Source: Promethearchaeota archaeon (GTDB taxonomy: Archaea > Asgardarchaeota > Lokiarchaeia > Sigyniarchaeales > SOKP01). From it: 64,000 nt of DNA. Numbering within the stretch: the first letter of the stretch is position 1; each line of letters starts with the position of its first letter. Location of the stretch: positions 57,289-121,288 of the forward strand of contig JAFGGO010000114.1 in the NCBI GenBank assembly GCA_016930515.1. Reading direction: 5' to 3'. The position numbers were made by a program, and so were the translations under genes. Below are positions 20,522 through 30,358 of the stretch, piece after piece. The notes under the pieces are model-generated. The model saw only the letters and a program-made list of their open reading frames with translations, ran no database searches and had not been told where the DNA came from.

Positions 20522-21625
20522 ATGGATTTAAAAGAAATTCTTCAAACGATCCTAAACCTCGCAAGCACTCGAGCACCTTCAGGATTAGAGAAAGCAAGAG
20601 GAGAGAAGTACAAGGAAGAAATGTTAAAGATCCTAGAAGTTAAAGACTTGAAAGTACAATCTGATCCTCTTGGAAATTATTACGCGAGGTTAAAAGGAAC
20701 TTCCGGAAAGAAAGCCATTGCGATACTAGCACATATTGATGAGATTGGGGGCACCATCCGCAAGATAAAGAAGAACGGTTTCTTGGAATTTTCAAGAAGA
20801 GGCGGTTATGAGGGTAGGTGGTTGGTTTCTCGAAAAATCCTTATATTAAATAAGGAAGGAAAATGGATCAACGGCGTGATTACCGGCAGATCCGCCCATT
20901 CAACCCCAGATAAACTTCGAAAAGGAGAATTCATCGATCCATTAGAGATGGAGATTTACATCGGAGCAAATACGAAAGAGGAGGCCCTAGATGAATATAA
21001 GATTCACGTCGGATCACCTTTCGTCTTTTCTGGCGAGTTTGGGCTGCTTAACCCGAATATAAATCAAGACATCATTGCAGGATACTCCATGGATAATTTA
21101 GCTGCCTTGGCTTGTCTCGTTGTTTTGACCCAAAAATTAGTTAACGATTTGACGAACGATTTTGGAAATCTCAAGATATCACACGATGTTTACCTGGTCG
21201 CAACCACTCGAGAAGAAATAGGAACGGAGGGTGCCTATTATTTCGTCCGTAACAATCCGATAGAAAAAGTAATTGCTATTGACATTGGTCTGGTTGCAGA
21301 TTTTTCAAATAGCGTAAATTCTGACATAAAACTCAAAGGTGGTCCGGTGATCATATGGCAAGAAGGAAGGGGAGGAGGCGTTTTAGATTACAATTTCTGT
21401 ACCCAACTCATGAACGTCGCCGAAAAGAACTCACTTCCTTATCAAAACGGAGTGGTTGAGTTTTACGGTTCGGACGCTGGAAAAAGCCAAAAGTGGTTAG
21501 GTGTTCCTTCTGCGTTAATAGGTATCCCCACAATGTTCAGCCACAATGTTCCTGAAGTAAGCACGCTTAGCGGAATTGAGGCAGCAGCAGAGCTTATTTT
21601 TCAATATTTAAAACGCTTGAAATAA
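20522..21625 (+). CDS. M42 family (TET-like) metallo-aminopeptidase
   Basis: APSGLE, AHIDEIG, MDN, REEIG, AIDI, GSDA and final H (FSHN). Confidence 0.88.
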   Translation: MDLKEILQTILNLASTRAPSGLEKARGEKYKEEMLKILEVKDLKVQSDPLGNYYARLKGTSGKKAIAILAHIDEIGGTIRKIKKNGFLEFSRRGGYEGRWLVSRKILILNKEGKWINGVITGRSAHSTPDKLRKGEFIDPLEMEIYIGANTKEEALDEYKIHVGSPFVFSGEFGLLNPNINQDIIAGYSMDNLAALACLVVLTQKLVNDLTNDFGNLKISHDVYLVATTREEIGTEGAYYFVRNNPIEKVIAIDIGLVADFSNSVNSDIKLKGGPVIIWQEGRGGGVLDYNFCTQLMNVAEKNSLPYQNGVVEFYGSDAGKSQKWLGVPSALIGIPTMFSHNVPEVSTLSGIEAAAELIFQYLKRLK

Positions 21626-21701
21626 ATAATATTTTACTTAAAACCTATTTTATTTTGGATCAATTTTTTTACTTTTAATATCTAACGATAATTTGTTTGA
21701 A

Positions 21702-22271
21702 TTAAAATAAAAATCTCTCTTTATTTTTACTTGCTTCTTGCAAGTTTTTTTGGAGTCTTTTATAAGTGCTTAATTCTAATTCCTGATACAATCCATCAGA
21801 TTCTTCGATGCTTAATTGGTCTAGATATCCTTCCTTGACTAAAAAAGTCATTACATTTAAATTTCCAGCTCTAAACCTTTTCATGATCTCTTGCTTGAAT
21901 ACTTGTTTAGCCTTTAAATCTCCTGCATTAGAGAGTTTTTTAAGTAATGGAAACGCAAGGTTAGAGTGAAGTATTTGAGTGTTGTAATCGTTTTCGTACC
22001 AAGCCTGTAAATTCGATGCGTGAGCCCAGAATTCCGTATCAGGCGATATAATAGTTGAAATATCTTCATCAAGCTCAAGAGAACGATCTAATTTGTCAAT
22101 TTGGACATCAATATTAATTTCATCTAAGGGCGCGGAATTAACTTCGCTTTGCTTTTCTGAAGAATTCATTAAGAGATACTTACATTGCAAGAACCTCCTG
22201 TTATTAATATATATTACTGTCTGTTCGTTTTCCAGCTTGAGCTTTAAAATAGGGGTTATCGAGATTTCCAT
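21702..22271 (-). CDS. Stand-alone copy of the Lokiarchaeia-type domain usually found N-terminal to LRRs
   Basis: LKLEN..T.IY...F.QCK and EFWAHASNLQAW...LHSNLAFPLLKKL align with the N-terminus of 34408..35871. Confidence 0.8.
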   Translation of the reverse strand: MEISITPILKLKLENEQTVIYINNRRFLQCKYLLMNSSEKQSEVNSAPLDEINIDVQIDKLDRSLELDEDISTIISPDTEFWAHASNLQAWYENDYNTQILHSNLAFPLLKKLSNAGDLKAKQVFKQEIMKRFRAGNLNVMTFLVKEGYLDQLSIEESDGLYQELELSTYKRLQKNLQEASKNKERFLF

Positions 22272-22278
22272 CGTGATT

Positions 22279-22965
22279 TCAGGTTCGTTTGGCGATCGTG
22301 AGCATTATGATGTAATCCGCTACTTCTTCGGCGTTGTCAGTAATTGCTTCCATCGCAGATATGCAATTGTGAATTTCGATGGCACTAAATGGATTGACAT
22401 CGGGATGATTAGAAACCAAATTTCTATAAACATTGACCTTCAAATCGTCGACCTTATGTTCTAGAAAATTTACTTCTTCCCCTAATTGATGTATCTCTTC
22501 TTCTTCTTCTGCGTGTATCAATCTGTCAACCATTAATGTAAGTTTTTTCACGCAATCTACGGATATATTAGCCATCTTCATTAAATATTCGTGAACATCT
22601 TTATGTAACTTTAAGAAATCGCCATAATTCATGTAAGTAAGGATTCTTGCGCTAGCATTTGCAGCATTAGCGACATCGTCAATTCTCTTAACGAGATGCG
22701 TGAGATTCTCTCTAATTACAACATTTATTTCTGCCTTGGAAAGCCCATTTAGGATATTTCTTCGAATGCCATCGGCTTGATGTTCTAACTCGTTAACCCT
22801 AAAGAAAACTTTCAAAGCCAAGTCAACATCCTTTTCTTCTATCAGAAAGGACAATCCTTTTTCAAATTCCACGACGCATTCTAAAACTTTCTGAGCGTGA
22901 ATTAACGTCTTGTTAATTGCGCTTTCTTCATTCCTAGATTTAAACCATTCAAATAAAGAACTCAT
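22279..22965 (-). CDS. DUF47 / PhoU-like phosphate transport regulator
   Basis: LEHQADGIRR, RENL..L...IDDVA, LEHKVD and EAITDNAE. Confidence 0.85.
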   Translation of the reverse strand: MSSLFEWFKSRNEESAINKTLIHAQKVLECVVEFEKGLSFLIEEKDVDLALKVFFRVNELEHQADGIRRNILNGLSKAEINVVIRENLTHLVKRIDDVANAANASARILTYMNYGDFLKLHKDVHEYLMKMANISVDCVKKLTLMVDRLIHAEEEEEIHQLGEEVNFLEHKVDDLKVNVYRNLVSNHPDVNPFSAIEIHNCISAMEAITDNAEEVADYIIMLTIAKRT

Positions 22966-23001
22966 TTTCTATCACTTCATATTATCTTTTTTCATTAGTT
23001 T

Positions 23002-24225
23002 TCATTCCAATTTAAATACTTCCTTTATATATTCTTCTCCGGGATGTTCGAATAAAATTCCCAATTCCTTAGGAAAATAAACGGTTACTTCTGAATTTTC
23101 AACAAAATTTTTATGAATCTCAGAAGTCGCAAGCGTAGATATGATGATTAATTTTTCCGTTCCATTTAATTTGCAAAGAACTTCAAATCGATAAAAAGCA
23201 CCCATAAATTTTCGACGCTGAATCCTACCGAATAATGAATTACGCTTCTCGACCGTGCGGTCTCCTAATCGTATTTTGATGTGATTCGCTCTTACAACTA
23301 AGAGTACTTTTGTACCATGTTCGAACTTTTCATATAGTTCTTTTCTAATATAAGTTGCAATAGGTTTGCTTGGACCCAAATCCACTAGTATCGGATATGA
23401 ATCTTGTTGTAATTCTGCAAAAAATTTATCCCCTCTTTTTGATTTCGAATGGATATCCCAAGTTGGTTCTTGATCTTTCAAGCAGGTACCATCAAAACAA
23501 TTAATTTCGCTTAAAAAGTTTGCTACGAATAGGTCGTTTGGCCTGTAATAGATTTCATAAGGAGTTCCGATTTGCATTACCTTTCCTTCGTTAATCACGG
23601 CAATCTTATCAGCAACCATCATGGCTTCTTGTTCTTCATTAGTCACATGTACGACAGTGAGTTGTAATTGAGCTGATTTTGCCATTTGAAGGAGTTCCCT
23701 CCTCAAGCTCATCCGTAGTCCAGCATCTAATGCTTTTAACGGTTCGTCTAAAATCAACGTTTTTGTTTGCTCCAAATTCATAAGTGCCCTGCAAAGAGCG
23801 ACTCTTTGTTGCATCCCACCGCTCATTTCTTTTGGGAGCGCTTTATTTCTTCCTGTTAATAAAGTCATCATGAGGACTTGCTCGACAATAGTTTTAGTTT
23901 GATTTTTATCGCGAGCGTGCACTCGACTACTATAAGCAATATTGTCATATATTGACATGTGAGGAAAGAGGGCATAATTTTCGAACATAAACCCAATATT
24001 TCGTGCGTCTGGTGCAAGTTTAGTTACATCTTTTCCGTCAAAGTATACTTTTCCTGAATCTGGTTTGATCAAACCAGCAATCAATTTCAATAGAGTAGTT
24101 TTGCCAGCTCCTGTTGGTCCCAGCAAGATGAAATATTCGTTATCCTTAATTTTTAAGGAGACATTGTCAACTGCCTTAATTTTTTTATATGATTTCGAGA
24201 CACTTCTGAGTTCTATAGTAACCAT
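23002..24225 (-). CDS. ABC transporter ATPase (PotA/MalK-like, TOBE domain) with His-switch substitution
   Basis: GPTGAGKTT, MSGGMQQR and LILDEP. The H-loop reads VTNE instead of VTHD. Confidence 0.9.
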   Translation of the reverse strand: MVTIELRSVSKSYKKIKAVDNVSLKIKDNEYFILLGPTGAGKTTLLKLIAGLIKPDSGKVYFDGKDVTKLAPDARNIGFMFENYALFPHMSIYDNIAYSSRVHARDKNQTKTIVEQVLMMTLLTGRNKALPKEMSGGMQQRVALCRALMNLEQTKTLILDEPLKALDAGLRMSLRRELLQMAKSAQLQLTVVHVTNEEQEAMMVADKIAVINEGKVMQIGTPYEIYYRPNDLFVANFLSEINCFDGTCLKDQEPTWDIHSKSKRGDKFFAELQQDSYPILVDLGPSKPIATYIRKELYEKFEHGTKVLLVVRANHIKIRLGDRTVEKRNSLFGRIQRRKFMGAFYRFEVLCKLNGTEKLIIISTLATSEIHKNFVENSEVTVYFPKELGILFEHPGEEYIKEVFKLE

Positions 24226-24237
24226 AACAGATCACCT

Positions 24238-25383
24238 TTATATGAGAGATAATTCATTTAATAAGTCTTTTGGAGCTTCATATATATGTATATCGTCCTT
24301 ATGAATTCCTACTAAAAGTGCTTCTCCTGGAGCAAAATTTTCTTCAAATGTGCCAGGTTTAATAGATATAAAAATGTCGCCACTATCCAAGATAAAATAG
24401 AACCTCTTTGTCGCTCCAATAAATCTGGACGATTCGAGCTTGGCGTTAAATATCTGGATCATCTCCCAATCGTGTGGACTAGTTTTAAAATCGTAATCCT
24501 TAGGAAATATATAAACGTCTTCGTAACGAAATGCAATAACCACATTGCTATCAAGATCGTATTTATTATTCTTATTATTACATACCAAGCTAGGGCCTCC
24601 CAACCTAAGCCTCACATTCATCTGATTTTCATCAAACAATTTTAAAACATATCCCTGGAGAAAGTTGGTTTCTCCTAAAAAATTTGCAACAAATATGCTA
24701 TTAGGGCGTTCGTACAGTTCATAAGGTGATCCTTGCTGAAGTATTTTTCCACCTCTCATTATAATGATTTGATCTGCGATGGCCATTGCTTCTTCTTGAT
24801 TATGCGTAACATGAATTGCCGTGAGTCCTAAGTCTTTAATGAGATTCCGTAACTGATGTCGAAAGACATTCGAAACTTTTGGATCTAAGGATCCCAATGG
24901 TTCGTCCATTATCAGTATTTTTGCCCCAGTTGCAATCGCTCGGGCAATTCCCAACTTTTGTAATCCAGGGTTCCCAAATATTGAGGGAAATTCATCGGTA
25001 TACTGAGATAGTTCCACCGTTTTCAAAGCTTCTTCTGCTTTCTTAACAATGACATCGTCAGAATATCCTCGCATTTCCAAGCCAAAGGTCACATTTTCCC
25101 AGACGGTGAGATGCGTAAATATTTCAAAATTTTGGAATATAAAACCCATATCCCTGTCTTCTGGAGGAATTCCACTCATGTCTTTTCCATCAATCTTAAC
25201 CACTCCTTTTGTAGGTTTTTCCAATCCGGCGATCATTCTTAATGTGGTAGTTTTTCCACAACCGCTTGGACCAAGGAGGAAAACAAAATCACCATCTTTT
25301 ATTGTTAGTGATATATCTTCAACCGCTACTACTTTTCCTTCGTTAAAAGTTTTTGTTATATTCGAAAGTTCTATCATTGGCAT
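24238..25383 (-). CDS. ABC transporter ATPase (PotA/MalK-like, TOBE domain) with degenerate signature motif
   Basis: GPSGCGKTT, LIMDEP and VTHN. The signature position reads FGNPG instead of LSGGQ. Confidence 0.9.
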   Translation of the reverse strand: MPMIELSNITKTFNEGKVVAVEDISLTIKDGDFVFLLGPSGCGKTTTLRMIAGLEKPTKGVVKIDGKDMSGIPPEDRDMGFIFQNFEIFTHLTVWENVTFGLEMRGYSDDVIVKKAEEALKTVELSQYTDEFPSIFGNPGLQKLGIARAIATGAKILIMDEPLGSLDPKVSNVFRHQLRNLIKDLGLTAIHVTHNQEEAMAIADQIIIMRGGKILQQGSPYELYERPNSIFVANFLGETNFLQGYVLKLFDENQMNVRLRLGGPSLVCNNKNNKYDLDSNVVIAFRYEDVYIFPKDYDFKTSPHDWEMIQIFNAKLESSRFIGATKRFYFILDSGDIFISIKPGTFEENFAPGEALLVGIHKDDIHIYEAPKDLLNELSLI

Positions 25384-27042
25384 TTAAAATACGCCTCCCT
25401 TCTTTTTGACTGCACGTAACGCAAAGATTAAGAATGCCCCGAAGATTATCACCAGGATGCTGGCAAAAACAGCACTCTGCCACGCAGTTGCTTCGACCCA
25501 ATCAACAATCAAGACGGGAACCGTGCGAACACTCCCCATGACGACGATTGTTGCCCCAGTTTCTCCTAAAGAACGCGTAAAGACCATAATGGCACCTGCA
25601 ATTATTCCCTGCTTGATGTTTGGAAGAGTTATTCTCCGAAAAACGGTTAAATCACACGCCCCTAGCGTTCTTGCAGCTTCCTCGACGCCCCTGTTAGAAC
25701 CCTCCAAAACCCCTATGATCGGACGAACCATATAGGGAAATGTAAAACATATATGGACGAAAAGTATCATTAAAAAACCAGGGGTGAGTAATCCCAGTCC
25801 TGCGGGACCCCAAAAGAGGAAAAGTGCAAATCCTAATGCAGCCGAGGGTATTGCTACAGGTATATCAAGTAAGGTATCTAAGATAGTAATTACCTTACCC
25901 CATTTACGCCTGGTAATGATATAGGCGAAAGGTATTCCAAAAACGATATTTATTGCCACTGCTAAAGCGCCAATTTGAATCGAATAGATCATGCTTTTAT
26001 AGAGGAAAACCCACTTTTGATCTTCACCTCCAAGTTCTTCAAAAGCAGATCCTCCCGAGAATTGAGTGATAACATAGAACGCGGGTATTAAAATCATTAT
26101 AATTAAGATTCCCATTGTTGCGATATCTCTAAAATGGCGAAGGTATTTATGACTTAGTTTTTTTTCTAACTTTGGTATTACTTTTTTTAAAGGAAATCCA
26201 ATTTTCCTCGTAAAAAATTTTATCGAAAAGAGCAATATTAAAGAAACCAATATCAATATTGCAGCGACGAGCGATGCAGATGGCAAGTCTAGCTGTCTTC
26301 GAAATCCCACGATTAATATGGGTGCAGTTTCAACAAGACCAGATATGATAATCGTTGCTCCTGTTTCTCCAAGACTTCGTGTGAAAGAAAGAATGGCCCC
26401 AGCAATTATCCCTTCTTTCATCATTGGGAGCGTTATAGTCCTGAATACTGTTATTCCAGAAGCCCCTAGCGTTCTTGCTGCGTCTTCGTAGAGCGTATCG
26501 GTTTTTTCCAGGACGATTTTCATATTGCGAACAATATAAGGGAAAGTAAAAACGATATGCCCTAGTATTATTAATTCAAACCCCGGAACGATTCCAAAAA
26601 TGCCCCAAAACAACATTAAAGAAAAGCCAAGGGTGCTCGTTGGAACGGCCATTGGTAAGTCGACTAGTGCATCGAGAATTTTTTTACCTCGAAAGTTATA
26701 GCGAGTAAGGATAATTGCCGTGGGAAATGCTATGATTAAGTCAAAAATTACGGCGACCGTGGCAATAAAAAATGAGTTTCCTAAAGCTTCAAGAATTCTT
26801 TGCCACTTTAAATCCCCTAATAAAGGATCGTTAAAGACCGTTTGGTCAATAGAAGAAGTGTTTATGAAGATTGTCGAGAAAATATTGATGATTGGTCCTA
26901 TAATGATGAGGAAGAAAAAGACTATAGTGATAGCATCAAGAATCTTTCTATATAATGGTTTTGAGAAAAGTTTATCAACTCTTAAGCTAAGAGAAAGTTG
27001 ATTTCCATTGGTTTTTTTTTGTTTGTTTAATTTCGCTAACAT
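25384..27042 (-). CDS. ABC importer permease with two fused BPD domains (FbpB/ThiP/ModB-WtpB-like)
   Basis: Duplicated halves, each with D.P.A.P, FPY.VR, E.AARTLGA and FTRSLGETGAT. Confidence 0.9.
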   Translation of the reverse strand: MLAKLNKQKKTNGNQLSLSLRVDKLFSKPLYRKILDAITIVFFFLIIIGPIINIFSTIFINTSSIDQTVFNDPLLGDLKWQRILEALGNSFFIATVAVIFDLIIAFPTAIILTRYNFRGKKILDALVDLPMAVPTSTLGFSLMLFWGIFGIVPGFELIILGHIVFTFPYIVRNMKIVLEKTDTLYEDAARTLGASGITVFRTITLPMMKEGIIAGAILSFTRSLGETGATIIISGLVETAPILIVGFRRQLDLPSASLVAAILILVSLILLFSIKFFTRKIGFPLKKVIPKLEKKLSHKYLRHFRDIATMGILIIMILIPAFYVITQFSGGSAFEELGGEDQKWVFLYKSMIYSIQIGALAVAINIVFGIPFAYIITRRKWGKVITILDTLLDIPVAIPSAALGFALFLFWGPAGLGLLTPGFLMILFVHICFTFPYMVRPIIGVLEGSNRGVEEAARTLGACDLTVFRRITLPNIKQGIIAGAIMVFTRSLGETGATIVVMGSVRTVPVLIVDWVEATAWQSAVFASILVIIFGAFLIFALRAVKKKGGVF

Positions 27043-27064
27043 TTAAATCAATTTATAAAAGTAA

Positions 27065-28204
27065 TTATGCTGTAGCTTTACAAAGATACCACAAATCAGG
27101 AATTTTAAGTAAGACATTTCCACTATTAGGCGTATTAAGTTCTGGCACGCTAATATTATAACGAATTCCGTGAGATTCATAATTAAATATAGATGGATCA
27201 AGTGGAATCGTAGAATCAATGGGTCTAAACCCATATCGCATAGCAGAAATAACCGTATCTCTTTTGTTTAGAAAATCAAGAAACGCTTCTGCCACATTTC
27301 TCTGTTCTGGAGAGATCCAATTGGCATTTAACACGCAAAATGGATGATCGCTGTATAATGTACCTTCTTCGGGGTAAATGGCAATGATCTTGCCACCCGT
27401 GGCCGAATTGGAAATATCACTCACGAGATTTTCGTATAAAAAAGCAATATTTAAAGAATCTGGGCCCCCATCCTTCATATATCGAGACAAGAAACCAGTT
27501 GATTTTCCATATAATACGGCACTTGATTCGAATTCTTTTATCCATTTTTCGACATCAGGATTGAGAAGGTCTTCCATCGTGAGATTTTCTGATGCCTTTT
27601 CTGAGGCTGCCGCTAAGGCCATAATAGTTGTCATGAATCCCGAATTAGATAACCTTGGATCTGTATGAGCCATTCTCATAATTACGCTAGGATCAAGGTT
27701 AAGGCGCCTTATATCTGCAAGGCTTCTTATAGCATGTGTTTGGTTGAAAGTTTCCCAAGTAGCTATTACTATAGGAGAATATATGATTTTAATTGCTTCG
27801 TCTATTTTCACAAGATCGTCTCCTTCGGTGTAATCCTTCCATTTCGTGTTGAGAAAAGGCATCCAAATCGAACTCGCAGGACTCCAAATCGTTGGATGGA
27901 TCTCATCATTAAGAATACTTATAATGGAATCCGAAGAACCATATGGATGCATTTCAATCGTAATTTTTTCCTCAGGATGTTCTCTAGACCATTCTTCTAA
28001 AAAATTATTGTAAGCTACGGTCATCCAACTCGCTTTTTCTGAACTATATATGATTGTTATGTGTACTCCGCCTTCTCCACCAAGAAGAACTGCGTTTGTA
28101 ATAAGATCTCCAGAAACGAATCCAATAATAAATAGAAGAAATAAGGATCCAATGCTCTTTTTTCTGATTTTTCGAGAGCTATTTTTTTTTTTCTTAATTC
28201 TCAT
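27065..28204 (-). CDS. Membrane-anchored ABC substrate-binding protein (SBP_bac_11-like)
   Basis: Basic N-terminus plus TM anchor; YSSEK, WSPASS, HTDP.LSNSG and YPEEGTLYSDHP. Confidence 0.8.
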   Translation of the reverse strand: MRIKKKKNSSRKIRKKSIGSLFLLFIIGFVSGDLITNAVLLGGEGGVHITIIYSSEKASWMTVAYNNFLEEWSREHPEEKITIEMHPYGSSDSIISILNDEIHPTIWSPASSIWMPFLNTKWKDYTEGDDLVKIDEAIKIIYSPIVIATWETFNQTHAIRSLADIRRLNLDPSVIMRMAHTDPRLSNSGFMTTIMALAAASEKASENLTMEDLLNPDVEKWIKEFESSAVLYGKSTGFLSRYMKDGGPDSLNIAFLYENLVSDISNSATGGKIIAIYPEEGTLYSDHPFCVLNANWISPEQRNVAEAFLDFLNKRDTVISAMRYGFRPIDSTIPLDPSIFNYESHGIRYNISVPELNTPNSGNVLLKIPDLWYLCKATA

Positions 28205-28208
28205 AATA

Positions 28209-28307
28209 TCAAATAAATAGACTTATATAATTATCAACAAGGCTAAATATTATTCCAAAAACGATCCCAACTACGAGGATGACTAAATATAAAAATTCTC
28301 TTTTCAT
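28209..28307 (-). CDS. Unannotated 32-aa single-TM microprotein heading the ABC operon
   Basis: Translates as MKREFLYLVILVVGIVFGIIFSLVDNYISLFI*. The stop is 4 nt before the SBP ATG. Confidence 0.55.
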   Translation of the reverse strand: MKREFLYLVILVVGIVFGIIFSLVDNYISLFI

Positions 28308-28395
28308 AATAATATTGTCCAGCCTAATTTGTTAATCAGTTTAGTTTTTGCAATTTTTAAGATTTTATAAGACTAAATGGTTTATTATATAATGG

Positions 28396-28436
28396 TCTAT
28401 AGAATATAGAGAACTATAGAGAATATATATGGAATA
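28396..28436. promoter_or_regulatory. Tandem TATAGAGAA-like repeats (candidate Pho-box) upstream of the ABC operon
   Basis: ctatagaa-tatagagaac-tatagagaat-atatatggaat, with ~10-bp spacing. Confidence 0.5.
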
Positions 28437-28580
28437 TTTTTTAACCATGATTTTATTGAATTAAAATAATATTAGTTAAGATGATTATATTCTTAATATT
28501 CATATAATAGCAATTCAGTTTTGAGAGCTTGATTAAAATCCTAAATCGTAATAAAAAAGGATAAAATATTAATTATTTTT

Positions 28581-29273
28581 TTATAGAACATTAGAACTTG
28601 TTAACAATTGCATTATATAATCAGCAACAATTTCGATCGAATCAGAAATCGCTTCCATTATATCCATTGTGTTTCCAAATGTAAAAATAGTGAAGGGATT
28701 CACATTATATGGCGTTTCTTGAAGGCTTTTTCTGAGCTTAATGTTTATTATATCTATCTCGTGTTCGAGGAGGTTGATTTCTTTTGCAAATGCTTTTACT
28801 TGTTGTCGATCGCCTAATAAATTAATAACGATTTTATCCAAGTATTCGGCGCATTTCACGGTCGTGTTCATCATCAAGTCGATTAATTTAATTGTTTCTT
28901 CGCTACTTTGCTCCCAGAATTTTATTGGAATCGTTGCTATTCTTCTCGCTACTCCCGTTGCGCAATTTGCAACATCATCTAATCTTTTTATTAGATGCGA
29001 TAAATCTATCCTCACACTTGGGTTTAATTCGCCTTTTGATATGCCAGTTAATATTTCTCTTCGAATACTATCAGCTTCCCCTTCGAAAACATCCACTTCG
29101 TGAAAAATATCATAGCACTTCTCGAGATCTTTTGATTTTAACAATAAAATCATTCCCTCGTTCAATTTGAACACGCATTCTTGCACTTTTTGAGCATGTT
29201 TTATTGCTTGTTCTAAAACGGATGTTGCTGTCTTTTTTTTAAAATATTCTATCAATGAACCCATATTATTCAC
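28581..29273 (-). CDS. DUF47 / PhoU-like phosphate transport regulator
   Basis: FEGEADSIRR, RIDL..L...LDDVA, LEHEID and EAISDSIE; adjacent to pit. Confidence 0.85.
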   Translation of the reverse strand: MNNMGSLIEYFKKKTATSVLEQAIKHAQKVQECVFKLNEGMILLLKSKDLEKCYDIFHEVDVFEGEADSIRREILTGISKGELNPSVRIDLSHLIKRLDDVANCATGVARRIATIPIKFWEQSSEETIKLIDLMMNTTVKCAEYLDKIVINLLGDRQQVKAFAKEINLLEHEIDIINIKLRKSLQETPYNVNPFTIFTFGNTMDIMEAISDSIEIVADYIMQLLTSSNVL

Positions 29274-29317
29274 ATCGCTTCCTATTATTCCTATATTTTT
29301 TTACTTTAAATATTTAT

Positions 29318-30340
29318 TTAATGAAATCCATTTACATAAAACCCAAAATAGACTAACCCTCCTACAAGTGCAGAGATCGGTAAGGTTAGAAACCAATACA
29401 ATGCCATTTTTCCAATTCCTCTATAATCAACTTCTTGTTTCTTAGCTACATTCAATCCAATTATACAAAACACGATCACGTGACTATGACTTATTGGTAT
29501 GCCTAAAGGAGTTACCACAAACAACACAATAAATGTTGCAAGTTGAAGTATGAAACCTTCGCTTGGGCGCGCATCGGTTGTTTGGCTGGCTAAGTTTTTA
29601 ATAACAAAACGACCTGCAATATATATACCTAAGAGTGCAAAAATTCCAAGAAAAACTTTCCAAAACCAATACGCACCTAAATTTAAGTAATTTTCATCGA
29701 ATAAAGCATAAATTATTCCCAAAGCTTCTGCGGAATTTGCACCCGTATATATAGACACGCCAAATACTGCAAGTAATAATGCCCATGAGAATGAATTTTC
29801 GGATTTTTCTATAGAATTCAATCCTTTAAATCTATTTAAGAAATACTTGGCTATGATTTTATAAAAAAGATAAGTTAAAAGAAACCCAACCACCGGACTT
29901 AGGAGCCAACCAATACCAATCGAAATCATTATTTCCCAATTGAATGCTCCAGATATATTTATGTTCTCGAGTGAGATAAAAACAATAATAACGCCAAAAA
30001 TCGAACCAAATAGTGAATGTGTCGACGATAAAGGTATTCCTGAGAAACTTCCGATTATTAACCAAACAATTGCGCTTATTAGAACGCTTAACAGCATATA
30101 TATGGTGTATGTAACATCTTCACCTACAAATTTCTTACCTACCGTGCTGGCTACTTCTTCTGAAAGAAATATAGTACCAATTGCTAAACCAACACCACCT
30201 AATATAAGAACGCTTTTAAATTTGAGGGTCCCCGCAGCAGCTAAAGGTGCAGGTGTCTCATCGTTTGCTCCAATGGAGAAAGAGAGGAAGAGAGCAAGTA
30301 AGATTAATACTATAACTATGTAATTACTTAACTCTTCCAT
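29318..30340 (-). CDS. pit: PiT-family inorganic phosphate transporter
   Basis: IGAND, GIPLSSTH, GANS and GIPISHSH. Confidence 0.85.
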   Translation of the reverse strand: MEELSNYIVIVLILLALFLSFSIGANDETPAPLAAAGTLKFKSVLILGGVGLAIGTIFLSEEVASTVGKKFVGEDVTYTIYMLLSVLISAIVWLIIGSFSGIPLSSTHSLFGSIFGVIIVFISLENINISGAFNWEIMISIGIGWLLSPVVGFLLTYLFYKIIAKYFLNRFKGLNSIEKSENSFSWALLLAVFGVSIYTGANSAEALGIIYALFDENYLNLGAYWFWKVFLGIFALLGIYIAGRFVIKNLASQTTDARPSEGFILQLATFIVLFVVTPLGIPISHSHVIVFCIIGLNVAKKQEVDYRGIGKMALYWFLTLPISALVGGLVYFGFYVNGFH

Positions 30341-30358
30341 AAAAAGCTACCGTAATAA

